Assembly: GCA_947304245.1 (NCBI GenBank) | Contig: CAMZAK010000002.1 | Location: forward strand, 4,977 to 68,976 | Direction of reading: 5' to 3' | Source of the DNA: an uncultured Clostridia bacterium | GTDB taxonomy: Bacteria > Bacillota > Clostridia > Oscillospirales > Ruminococcaceae | DNA length: 64,000 nucleotides | Notes under the pieces: model-generated | The model's input: only the letters and a program-made list of their open reading frames with translations | The model's database searches: none | Told to the model about the DNA's origin: nothing | Shown here: positions 19,042 through 27,737 of the stretch, piece after piece | How positions within the stretch are numbered: the first letter of the stretch is position 1 | Layout of the letters: every line of letters starts with the position of its first letter | Translations under genes and position numbers: made by a program

Positions 19042-20001
19042 ATGGATTTTTATAATAACAAAATTAAGATTTTTTCTGGTAATTCCAATGAAGATTTGGC
19101 TAATTTAATTGTAAAAAATTTAAACCTAGAAAAAGGAAAATGTTCTGTTGAAAAATTTAGCGATGGAGAAATTTCTGTTTCAATTAAAGAATCTGTTAGA
19201 GGCTGCGATTGTTTTGTTGTGCAGTCCACATCTCACCCTGTTAACACAAATTTAATGGAGCTTTTAATTTTAATTGACGCTTTAAAAAGAGCCTCTGCAG
19301 GAAGAATAACAGCTGTAATTCCCTATTTTGGCTATGCCAGACAAGACAGAAAAACAAAAGCAAGAGACCCAATTTCAGCAAGACTTTGTGCAAACATAAT
19401 AACAACAGCAGGAGCAGACAGAGTTCTAACAATGGATTTACACGCGCCACAAATTCAAGGTTTTTTTAACATTCCACTAGACCATTTAATTGGCATACCT
19501 GTTTTAATGGAATATTTTAAAAATATGTTTAAAGAAACCAAAGAAGAGCTAGTTATTGTAGCACCAGACTTAGGCTCTGTAACAATTGCAAGAAACCTTG
19601 CAGAAAAATTAGATGCTTCAATTGCAATAGTTGAAAAAAGAAGACAAAAAGCAAATGTTTCTGAAGTTTTAAACATAATTGGAGATGTGAAGAACAAAAC
19701 AGTTATAATGGCAGACGACATGATTGACACAGCAGGAACTTTGTGTAACGCTTCTAAAGCATTAGTTGAAATAGGAAAAGCTAAAAAAATTTATGCTTGC
19801 GCAACACATGGAATATTGTCAGGCCCTGCAATTGAAAGAATAAAAAACAGTGCAATAGAACAATTAATTGTAACAGACACTGTTAAACTTTCAAACTCAG
19901 AAAAATTAGAAAAAATAAAAACAGTAACAGTTTCAAACACATTTTCTAAAGCAATAGAAAAAATTCACAATAACGAATCTGTTTCTTCTCTTTTTGCGTG
20001 A
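19042..20001 (+). CDS. prs: Ribose-phosphate pyrophosphokinase
   Basis: MDFYNNKIKIFSGNSN..., YFGYARQDRK, and the PRPP-binding loop VIMADDMIDTAGT. ATG at 19042 is preceded by aaagga; the ORF-track start at 19006 is a less likely TTG. Confidence 0.92.
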   Translation: MDFYNNKIKIFSGNSNEDLANLIVKNLNLEKGKCSVEKFSDGEISVSIKESVRGCDCFVVQSTSHPVNTNLMELLILIDALKRASAGRITAVIPYFGYARQDRKTKARDPISARLCANIITTAGADRVLTMDLHAPQIQGFFNIPLDHLIGIPVLMEYFKNMFKETKEELVIVAPDLGSVTIARNLAEKLDASIAIVEKRRQKANVSEVLNIIGDVKNKTVIMADDMIDTAGTLCNASKALVEIGKAKKIYACATHGILSGPAIERIKNSAIEQLIVTDTVKLSNSEKLEKIKTVTVSNTFSKAIEKIHNNESVSSLFA

Positions 20002-20631
20002 GTGTTAACTATGAAAATATTTGAACTTTTTAAAAAAATTCAAAATAAAAACCAGAATAATTCTAAAATAAGTAAACTAATTGTGGGCCTTGGAAACCCA
20101 TTTCCAAAATACAACAACACAAGGCACAATGCAGGGTTTGAAGCAATAGACCATTTAGCAAAAACTCACAACATTGAAATTAAAAAACAAAAGTTTTCTT
20201 CTCTTTTTGGAGATGGAATAATAAGCAATGTTAGATGCCTTTTATTAAAACCATTAACCTTCATGAACAATAGCGGGTTTGCAGTTGAAGATTTTAAAAA
20301 TTACTATAAATTAGAAATTGAAGATGTAATAGTACTATTCGACGACATTTCATTTTCTCCCGGCAAAATTAAAATTAAAAAAAAAGGTAGCTCTGGAGGG
20401 CACAATGGAGTTAAAAGCATAATAGAACAAACAGGAGAAGAAAATTTTATTAGAATTAAAATTGGAGTTGGAGAAAAACCAAATAAAAATTACGATCTTT
20501 CTAAATGGGTTCTCGCAAGGTTTAGTGAAGAAGAAAAAAAGTTAATGCAGGAAGGTTTTAAAAAAACAACAGCTGCTTTAGAATTAATCTTAAACGGAGA
20601 AATTGAAAAAGCAATGAACAAGTTTAATTAA
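20002..20631 (+). CDS. pth: Peptidyl-tRNA hydrolase (start GTG 20002 or ATG 20011)
   Basis: LIVGLGNPFPKYNNTRHNAGF, GGHNGVKSI and LSKWVLARFSEEE are Pth motifs. Confidence 0.9.
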   Translation: MLTMKIFELFKKIQNKNQNNSKISKLIVGLGNPFPKYNNTRHNAGFEAIDHLAKTHNIEIKKQKFSSLFGDGIISNVRCLLLKPLTFMNNSGFAVEDFKNYYKLEIEDVIVLFDDISFSPGKIKIKKKGSSGGHNGVKSIIEQTGEENFIRIKIGVGEKPNKNYDLSKWVLARFSEEEKKLMQEGFKKTTAALELILNGEIEKAMNKFN

Positions 20632-20661
20632 CAAAATCCAAATTAATTCTTGTAAAATTTA

Positions 20662-20766
20662 ATGAAAAAGTAAAAAGTTGATGCAAAAAAACTTTAAAAA
20701 AACAACAGCTCTTTAAAATTAATTTTAAACGGAGAAATTGAAAAAGCTTTCAATAAATTAATTAGT
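20662..20766 (+). pseudogene. Decayed direct duplicate of the pth 3' end
   Basis: 20662-20766 aligns by eye with 20525-20631 (...atgcaaaaaaactttaaaaaaacaacagctctttaaaattaattttaaacggagaaattgaaaaagc... versus ...atgcaggaaggttttaaaaaaacaacagctgctttagaattaatcttaaacggagaaattgaaaaagc...). The copy has stops and indels. Confidence 0.7.
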
Positions 20767-20781
20767 TTAATTAAGGTGTTT

Positions 20782-21813
20782 ATGAAAAATTCTAGTTTTT
20801 TATATGATTTTTTTAAAAAAGGAAATATTTCAAACGAAAACTTAAAATTACTACTAGAAACAGAAGATTTTAACGAAATTCTTTTCAAATTAGCAAAAAT
20901 TAAAAGAAATGAACACCACAAAAATTATGTAAACTTAAGAGGACTAATAGAATTTACAAATAACTGCGAAAACAACTGCTACTACTGCGGAATAAGAAAA
21001 AGTAGCAAAATTTTTAGGTATAGATTAAGCAAAAAAGAAATTTTAAAGTGTTGTGAAAAAGCAGATAAACAAGGCATAAAAACATTTGTTCTGCAAGGAG
21101 GGCAAGACCCAAACTACAAAGATGAAGAATTGTGCCAAATAATTAGAGAAATTAAAGAGAATTTTAAAGATTGCACAATAACTTTAAGCATTGGAGAAAA
21201 ATCTAAAAAAAGTTATGAATCTTTCTTTAAAGCAGGGGCTAGAAGATTTCTTTTAAGACAAGAAACAGCTTCTAGTTCTCATTATGAAATGCTTCACCCT
21301 AAAAACATGAGTTTAAAAAACAGAAAAAATTGTTTATTCACACTAAAAGAAATTGGTTTTAAAGTTGGAGCGGGTTTTTTGGTTAATTCTCCACATCAAA
21401 CAACAAACAACATAATAAAAGATTTAAACTTTTTAAAAGAATTAAACCCGTTCATGATTGGAATAGGCCCTTTCATTCCTCAAAAACAAACTCCATTTAA
21501 AAACCATAAAGCGGGCAGCTTTAAATTAACGGTTAAACTAATTTCAATTTTAAGGTTAATGTTCCCTTTCGCCATGATTCCTTCCACAACTTCTTTAAAC
21601 ACATTAAAAGAAGAAAATTCTTTAAAAATTTCTTTAGATGCCGGCGCTAATGTTTTAATGCCAAACATGACACCTAAAAAATACCAGATTCACTATAATT
21701 TATATGACAATAAACCCATTAGAACAAACAAAACAATAAAGAGTTTGAAGAAAAAATTATATACTATGGGTTATAAATTTAAAGTTTATGAAAATATATT
21801 GCAAAAAAATTAA
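20782..21813 (+). CDS. hydE: [FeFe]-hydrogenase maturase HydE (radical SAM)
   Basis: LRGLIEFTNNCENNCYYCGIRKSS..RYRLS..EIL, VLQGGQDP, RFLLRQETAS, GAGFLV, IGIGPFIP and GANVLMPN are collinear with HydE as I remember it. CX3CX2C cluster present. ATG at 20782 follows aagg. Confidence 0.75.
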   Translation: MKNSSFLYDFFKKGNISNENLKLLLETEDFNEILFKLAKIKRNEHHKNYVNLRGLIEFTNNCENNCYYCGIRKSSKIFRYRLSKKEILKCCEKADKQGIKTFVLQGGQDPNYKDEELCQIIREIKENFKDCTITLSIGEKSKKSYESFFKAGARRFLLRQETASSSHYEMLHPKNMSLKNRKNCLFTLKEIGFKVGAGFLVNSPHQTTNNIIKDLNFLKELNPFMIGIGPFIPQKQTPFKNHKAGSFKLTVKLISILRLMFPFAMIPSTTSLNTLKEENSLKISLDAGANVLMPNMTPKKYQIHYNLYDNKPIRTNKTIKSLKKKLYTMGYKFKVYENILQKN

Positions 21814-21898
21814 AAACCATTATATTAATAAGTGAGATATAACAAATTTTTCATTATTTTAAACACAAAAGATTAAAATTAATTTAAGCGAGGAGTTT

Positions 21899-23419
21899 AT
21901 GCATAAAAAAATTAATAAAATATTGCTAACATTAATTGCTAGCATAGTTTTTATTTTAACTTTTAGTTTAACATGTGGTGCAAAAAGTAACGAAGAAATT
22001 AAAAGTTTTAAAACACTAGAAAAAGGCGTTTTAACAGTGGGAACAAATGCAACTTTCCCTCCTTTTGAATTTAAAGACAAAGATGAAGACCAAGAAATTA
22101 AAGGGTTTGACGTAGACCTTATAAATAAAATAGCTAAAAAATTAAATTTAAAGGTTAACATTGTGGACATGCCCTTTGAAGGCCTCTTGCCAGCTCTGGG
22201 AAACAAAATAGATTTAGTAATTGCAGGCCTTACCAAAACAGAAGAAAGAGAAAAAATTGTTGATTTTACAAAACCCTACTTTTACGGAAAACAAAGCATT
22301 TTAACATTAAAAAATGTGAATATTAAACAAAAAGAAGACTTAAACAATTTAACAATTGCAACACAAATTGGAACAACAGCAAACGAATTTGTTAAAAAAC
22401 TGCAAGAAGAAGAGTTAAATAACATTAAAATTAAAGAATATGATGAGTACGACATAATGACGCAAGACCTCGTAAGAAAAAGAGTGGATTGCGTTGTTTT
22501 AGATGACATTGTTGCAAAAAACCAGTTTAACAAACATTTTCCAGAACTCAATTTAACTCAAGGTTCTGTTTTAAATTGCCCAACAGAAAATTATTGCATA
22601 GCTTTGCCTAAAGGTAATGAAAAACTTTTAAGTTCAGTTGACGAAATTTTAAATGACATAATTAATTCTAAAGAATACACAGAATTACAAGAAAAATATA
22701 TTAACATTAAGCTAAAAAGTGAAGAAAACGAAGAGACAAAAAGTAATAATAGCATAGTAAACCAATTCTTAACAACTCTAGTTGAAAAAGAAAGATATAA
22801 GCTATATTTAAAAGGAATTACAACAACACTAGTTATTTCAGTTTTTGCAGCACTATTAGGCTTTTTTTTAGGAATTGTTTTAGCGGTTTTAAAATTAACA
22901 AAAAACAAAAACGGCAAAAGAAGTTTAATTGGGAAAATTGCAAACTTTTACATAAACATAGTTAGAGGAACTCCAATTTTGCTGCAACTTTTAATTATGT
23001 GGCTTGTTGTTTTCAAAAACTTTAAAAATGGAGTGTTTGTTGCAATAGTTGCATTCGGGCTAAACAGTGCCGCTTATGTTGCCGAAATAATACGAAGTGG
23101 AATTAATTCTGTTGGAGTTGGCCAAAAAGAAGCAGCAGAGTCTTTAGGTTTTGGCAAGTTTGGCGTTATGTTTTACATTGTTCTCCCACAAAGCATTAAA
23201 AATTCAATCCCTTCTCTTTGCAACGAATTTATAAGCCTAATTAAAGAAACTGCAATAGTGGGCTACGTAGCACTAAACGACTTAACAAGAGCAGCTTTTT
23301 CAATTTCTGCCGCATCCTACCAAACATTTATGCCACTAATTATTGCAGCTTTAATATATTACATAATAACAAAAACAATAAGTTTCATTCTAGAAAAAGC
23401 AATGAAAAGGATGAATTAA
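21899..23419 (+). CDS. Polar amino-acid ABC transporter, fused substrate-binding and permease protein
   Basis: Signal/lipobox-like N-terminus (TFSLTCGA), SBP family-3 motifs (GTNATFPPFEF...GFDVDL) and a His/Glu/Gln/Arg-type permease C-terminus (...LIKETAIVGYV...). Confidence 0.85.
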   Translation: MHKKINKILLTLIASIVFILTFSLTCGAKSNEEIKSFKTLEKGVLTVGTNATFPPFEFKDKDEDQEIKGFDVDLINKIAKKLNLKVNIVDMPFEGLLPALGNKIDLVIAGLTKTEEREKIVDFTKPYFYGKQSILTLKNVNIKQKEDLNNLTIATQIGTTANEFVKKLQEEELNNIKIKEYDEYDIMTQDLVRKRVDCVVLDDIVAKNQFNKHFPELNLTQGSVLNCPTENYCIALPKGNEKLLSSVDEILNDIINSKEYTELQEKYINIKLKSEENEETKSNNSIVNQFLTTLVEKERYKLYLKGITTTLVISVFAALLGFFLGIVLAVLKLTKNKNGKRSLIGKIANFYINIVRGTPILLQLLIMWLVVFKNFKNGVFVAIVAFGLNSAAYVAEIIRSGINSVGVGQKEAAESLGFGKFGVMFYIVLPQSIKNSIPSLCNEFISLIKETAIVGYVALNDLTRAAFSISAASYQTFMPLIIAALIYYIITKTISFILEKAMKRMN

Positions 23420-23421
23420 CT

Positions 23422-24144
23422 ATGATTAAAATTAAAAATTTAAACAAATATTTTAACGAAAGGCATGTTTTAAGAAACATAAACTACAACATAATAAAAA
23501 AAGACAGAATAGCAATAATTGGCCCTTCTGGCTCTGGCAAGAGCACATTTTTAAGATGTTTAAACCTTTTAGAAAAACCAACATCGGGGCAAATTTATTT
23601 TAACGATGCTGAGATAACAAACAACAAAACAGACATAAAAAAAGTGCGCCAGAAAATGAACATGGTTTTTCAATATTTTAACCTTTTTGAAAATAAAACA
23701 GTTCTAGAAAACATAATTTTAGCGCCAACAAAACTTAAAAAAATTAATGTTAAAAAAGCAATTGAAAATGCTGTAGTTTTATTAAAACGTTTTAACCTAG
23801 AAAAACAAAAAGATCTATACCCCAAACAGCTTTCCGGAGGGCAAAAGCAAAGAATTGCAATAATAAGGTCCATTGCAATGAACCCAGAAGTTATTTTATT
23901 CGACGAACCAACCTCATCACTAGACCCAGAAATGATTGATGAAGTTTTAAATGTAATTTATAGTTTAACGAGAAGCAAAATAACAATGGTTTTTGTAACT
24001 CATGAACTGAATTTTGCTAGAAAAATTGCTAATAGAGTTGTTTTTATGTGTAACGGCAAATTTTTAGAAGAAGGCACACCAGAAAAAATTTTCAACAACC
24101 CAGAAACAGAAAGACTAAAAAATTTTTTAAAAAATTTTAAATAA
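23422..24144 (+). CDS. Amino-acid ABC transporter ATP-binding protein
   Basis: Walker A GPSGSGKST, signature LSGGQKQR, Walker B ILFDEPTSSLD. Confidence 0.9.
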   Translation: MIKIKNLNKYFNERHVLRNINYNIIKKDRIAIIGPSGSGKSTFLRCLNLLEKPTSGQIYFNDAEITNNKTDIKKVRQKMNMVFQYFNLFENKTVLENIILAPTKLKKINVKKAIENAVVLLKRFNLEKQKDLYPKQLSGGQKQRIAIIRSIAMNPEVILFDEPTSSLDPEMIDEVLNVIYSLTRSKITMVFVTHELNFARKIANRVVFMCNGKFLEEGTPEKIFNNPETERLKNFLKNFK

Positions 24145-24171
24145 AAACAAAGAAAAAAGAGAAGGATTAAA

Positions 24172-24813
24172 ATGAAAAAAGTTTTTTTAAATGAAAATTA
24201 TGAAATTTTAATGTTTAAAGTTGGAGTTATGCCAACAAACTGCTATTTAATTTTAAATGTTAAAGAAAAAAAAGCTGTTGCTTTAGACCCTGGTTTTTAT
24301 GATGAAGAACTTTTAAATTTTGTAAAAGAAAATAAAATAACAATAGAATTTATTCTTCTAACACATGGCCATTTCGACCATATTCTAGGAGCAAATTCTT
24401 TAAACGCTAAAGCAACATACATTAACGAAGAAGACAAAGAAATGTTGCAAGATTCTTTTAAAAACGCAGGTTTTATGGCAGGGATTTTAAAATTAGAAGA
24501 AATAAAAAACCTTAAAACTTTTAAAGATTGCGATGAAATAAATTTTTTAAAAGAGCATTTTAAAGTAATTGCAACTCCGGGCCACACAAAAGGAAGCAGC
24601 TGTTTTGTTTTTTTAAATTAAATTATTTTCACAGGAGACACTTTATTTAAAGAAAGTGTTGGCAGGACTGATTTATATGGCGGAGACAGCAAAACACTAA
24701 AAAACTCCCTATTAAAACTAAAAAATTTAAAAAAAGACTACATAATTCTACCGGGCCACGGCAAAGAAACAACTTTAAATTATGAAAAAAATAATAATTT
24801 AAACTTAATGTGA
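24172..24813 (+). pseudogene. MBL-fold hydrolase (YcbL/GloB-like) interrupted by an in-frame TAA at 24619-24621
   Basis: The HxHxDH motif (LLTHGHFDHILG) and PGHTKGS lie upstream of the stop. The same frame continues [30 protein letters not shown]...[11 protein letters not shown], the conserved C-terminal half, up to TGA at 24811-24813. Confidence 0.75.
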
Positions 24814-25464
24814 AATTAATTAAAATAAGGTTGTAATTAATAATAAATTTTTTGCAATATTTTTTTTTGAAAAAAATTTAACTTGTTGGCTTAATCTACA
24901 ATTTAACATAGATAAAATAAATTTTAAAGTAAACTTTAAAATATTTAATTATTTTAAAAATTTTAACGTAAAATATTATTTTTTATATTTAAAATAACAC
25001 TAAATATATTTGTTTTACCTATATTTATTGATATCTATACTTTAATTTAATCCGTTTAATTCTAATTAAATTTCCTTAAATTATTTTTGAATTTGTGCAC
25101 TATATTTTAAATAAAAATAATTAACATCATAAAAATATTATACTTATTTTAATAAACACTTAGCTGCATTTCAAACGATATATTCTAAAAACAATCTTTT
25201 ATAGATGCATAACTAAATATTTTGTGTTTTAATTACAAAATATTACTTTAAATAATGCTTTAAAATTTTTATGTAGCTTAATTAAAATTATACTCCAATT
25301 TTATGTTAAATTAAACTATAACATCTTATATTATTTAAATAATATTGTTTAATATAAAATTTTTAAAATTTCTATTAACTCAATATTACTTAGTTTTTGC
25401 AATATTTTTTAAAGATAAAAATTTTCTGTAGTTTATTTTAAAAAACTAAAATTACTAAATTAAA

Positions 25465-27702
25465 TTAATTTTTAATGTAAACCTTAATACTAACCATTCC
25501 AAAACTTTTCTTTAAACTTCTAACAATGTTGCCTAATTGCCTTAAATGAACAAGGTAAACCGAAATAACTAAAGAAACTTGTTTTTCATTTAATAAATCT
25601 GCTTTAAAACTATTTATTGGAATTTTAAATTCTGCAAATTTGGAAGTAAAGTTTGCTATTATGTTTTTTTTCCTAACCAAAACCATTTCTAAAAATAACA
25701 AATATGGCTTTAATTTTTCGCCTTGCCATTGAACAGAAACAATTCTGTCTAACTTGTCTAAATTATCTTTAACAGGAAAAATGTTTTTGCAAAAAACGTT
25801 ATGAATGGAAATTCCGTGCCCTCTTGTAATAAAACCCACAATTTTTCCGTGTTTATTTAAATCACAACATTTAGGAAAATTAATAAGGCAATCTTCAACG
25901 CCTTCAACAACAACACCAAAAGGCTTATTTAAAACCTCTTTTTCTTCTAGTTTAACATTATTATTTTTATTTTGCTCTTCCTTTTGGCAACTAACATATA
26001 GTCTTTTAACACCAGGCATAATTTTTAAAATGCTAATTCCACCGTAACCCAAAGCAGCGTAAAAATCTTCAACTTCTTTAAAATTGTTTTTTTCAGCAAC
26101 CGTTTTAATAAATTTTTTAAATCTGCTTTTTGTTAACTGAATTCCACTTCTAACAAACTCTCTTTTAATTTCATCTTTCCCGCGTTCAATGTTTTCACTA
26201 CGTCTTTCTTTTTTAAACCAAGCCCTAATTTTGTTTCTTGCTTCACTTGTTTTAACAATGTTAAGCCAACGTCTTGAAGGACCATGATTATGCGCTTTTG
26301 TTGTTATTATTTCAATAACCTGATTGTTTTCAACAACATTTTCAATTTGTGTCATCTTGCCGTCAACCTTTGCACCAATCATCTTGTTCCCAATTTGTGA
26401 ATGAATTGAGTAAGCAAAATCTATTATGGTGCTGCCTGCTGGCAAAGTTTTAACTTCCCCGTTGGGTGTGAAAACGTAAACCTCTTCATCTCCAAGCCCT
26501 GTTTTAATAACCTGCAAAAATTCATCAGCAGACTCAGATTCTTTTTGTGTCTCAATTATTCTTCTAATCCATGAAAGCTTTTCTTCTAGGTTTTCTTTTC
26601 CTTTAACATTTTGCTTATATTTCCAGTGTGCCGCAATACCATATTCAGCAGTGTAGTGCATATCTTTTGTTCTAATTTGAATTTCAAAAGAAACCCCGCC
26701 AGGGCCAATAACCGTTGTGTGCAAACTCTGATACATATTAGGTTTTGGGGTTGAAATGTAGTCTTTAAACCTGTTGGGCAGTGGTGTGAAAATGTCATGC
26801 ATGGCTCCTAAAACAAAATAACATTCCGAAACGGTGTTCACAATAATTCTAATGGCATAAATATCGAAAACCTCATCCCAATCTTTTCCGTTAACGTAAA
26901 CTTTAAAATAAATCCCGCAATGGCTTTTCAGCCTACCACTAATTGAAACATCTTTAACAGAACCTTTAATTTTTTCAAATGCTATGTTTTCAACATATTT
27001 AATGTAAGATTCACCTTTTAAAAATGTGGAGTTTTCCTTCTCTTTTTTTTTAAGCATCTGCGTTATTTCTTCATAACCTATTGGGTCTAAATAAAAAATT
27101 GCAATGTCTTCTAATTCTTCTTTAATTAAACGCATGCCTAGCCTTTGTGCAATTGGTGCATAAATTTCCATTGTCTCTAAAGATTTATTACGCCTTTTTT
27201 GTTCTGGCCAACCCCTTGCAGTGCGCATATTATGAAGCCTGTCTGCTAGTTTTATTATAATAACTCTAATATCTTTAGACATGGCGAAAAGCATTTTTCT
27301 AATGTTTTCAACCTGTCTTTCTTTTTGTGTTGTTAATGAAACATTAGTAAGTTTAGTTACTCCGTCAACCAAAGTTGCAACATCTTCACCAAAATTAAAA
27401 GCAATTTTGCTTTTAGAGGTTTTAGTGTCTTCTAAAACATCATGCAAAATTCCCGCAACAACAGAATTAATGTCCATTCCAAAATCTATTAAAATTAAAG
27501 CAACACTAGTTGGATGAGTGATGTATTCCTCCCCTGAAAGCCTAAATTGCCCCTTGTGAGAAATTTCAGCAAACTCATATGCCTTAGTAATTAAATTAAC
27601 ATCATAGTCTCTATTAGAATTTTTAGCTGCTTTTAATAAATCTTTCAAACCAACATATTTAAATTTATCTTTCTCTTTTAAAAAATCTTTTAACTCTGCC
27701 AT
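25465..27702 (-). CDS. relA: Bifunctional (p)ppGpp synthetase/hydrolase Rel (RelA/SpoT family)
   Basis: HD domain (HPTSVALIL...GILHDVLEDT), synthetase domain (YQSLHTTVIGPGGVSFEIQIRTKDMHYTAEYGIAAHWKYK), and TGS and ACT-like C-terminal regions. Confidence 0.92.
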   Translation of the reverse strand: MAELKDFLKEKDKFKYVGLKDLLKAAKNSNRDYDVNLITKAYEFAEISHKGQFRLSGEEYITHPTSVALILIDFGMDINSVVAGILHDVLEDTKTSKSKIAFNFGEDVATLVDGVTKLTNVSLTTQKERQVENIRKMLFAMSKDIRVIIIKLADRLHNMRTARGWPEQKRRNKSLETMEIYAPIAQRLGMRLIKEELEDIAIFYLDPIGYEEITQMLKKKEKENSTFLKGESYIKYVENIAFEKIKGSVKDVSISGRLKSHCGIYFKVYVNGKDWDEVFDIYAIRIIVNTVSECYFVLGAMHDIFTPLPNRFKDYISTPKPNMYQSLHTTVIGPGGVSFEIQIRTKDMHYTAEYGIAAHWKYKQNVKGKENLEEKLSWIRRIIETQKESESADEFLQVIKTGLGDEEVYVFTPNGEVKTLPAGSTIIDFAYSIHSQIGNKMIGAKVDGKMTQIENVVENNQVIEIITTKAHNHGPSRRWLNIVKTSEARNKIRAWFKKERRSENIERGKDEIKREFVRSGIQLTKSRFKKFIKTVAEKNNFKEVEDFYAALGYGGISILKIMPGVKRLYVSCQKEEQNKNNNVKLEEKEVLNKPFGVVVEGVEDCLINFPKCCDLNKHGKIVGFITRGHGISIHNVFCKNIFPVKDNLDKLDRIVSVQWQGEKLKPYLLFLEMVLVRKKNIIANFTSKFAEFKIPINSFKADLLNEKQVSLVISVYLVHLRQLGNIVRSLKKSFGMVSIKVYIKN

Positions 27703-27737
27703 TTTTTTGGCTCCTTATTTTTAAAACAAAAAATATT

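Noticed and set aside
24619-24621. Possibility that the in-frame TAA, or stop codons generally, signals an alternative genetic code
   Set aside because: TAA (secA, potD), TAG (nusA, sbcC) and TGA (prs, potA, the MBL gene end) each terminate conserved genes at the expected length. Trp is encoded by TGG in conserved motifs (IDWVFF in icd, AAHWKYK in rel). Standard code 11 fits the window.
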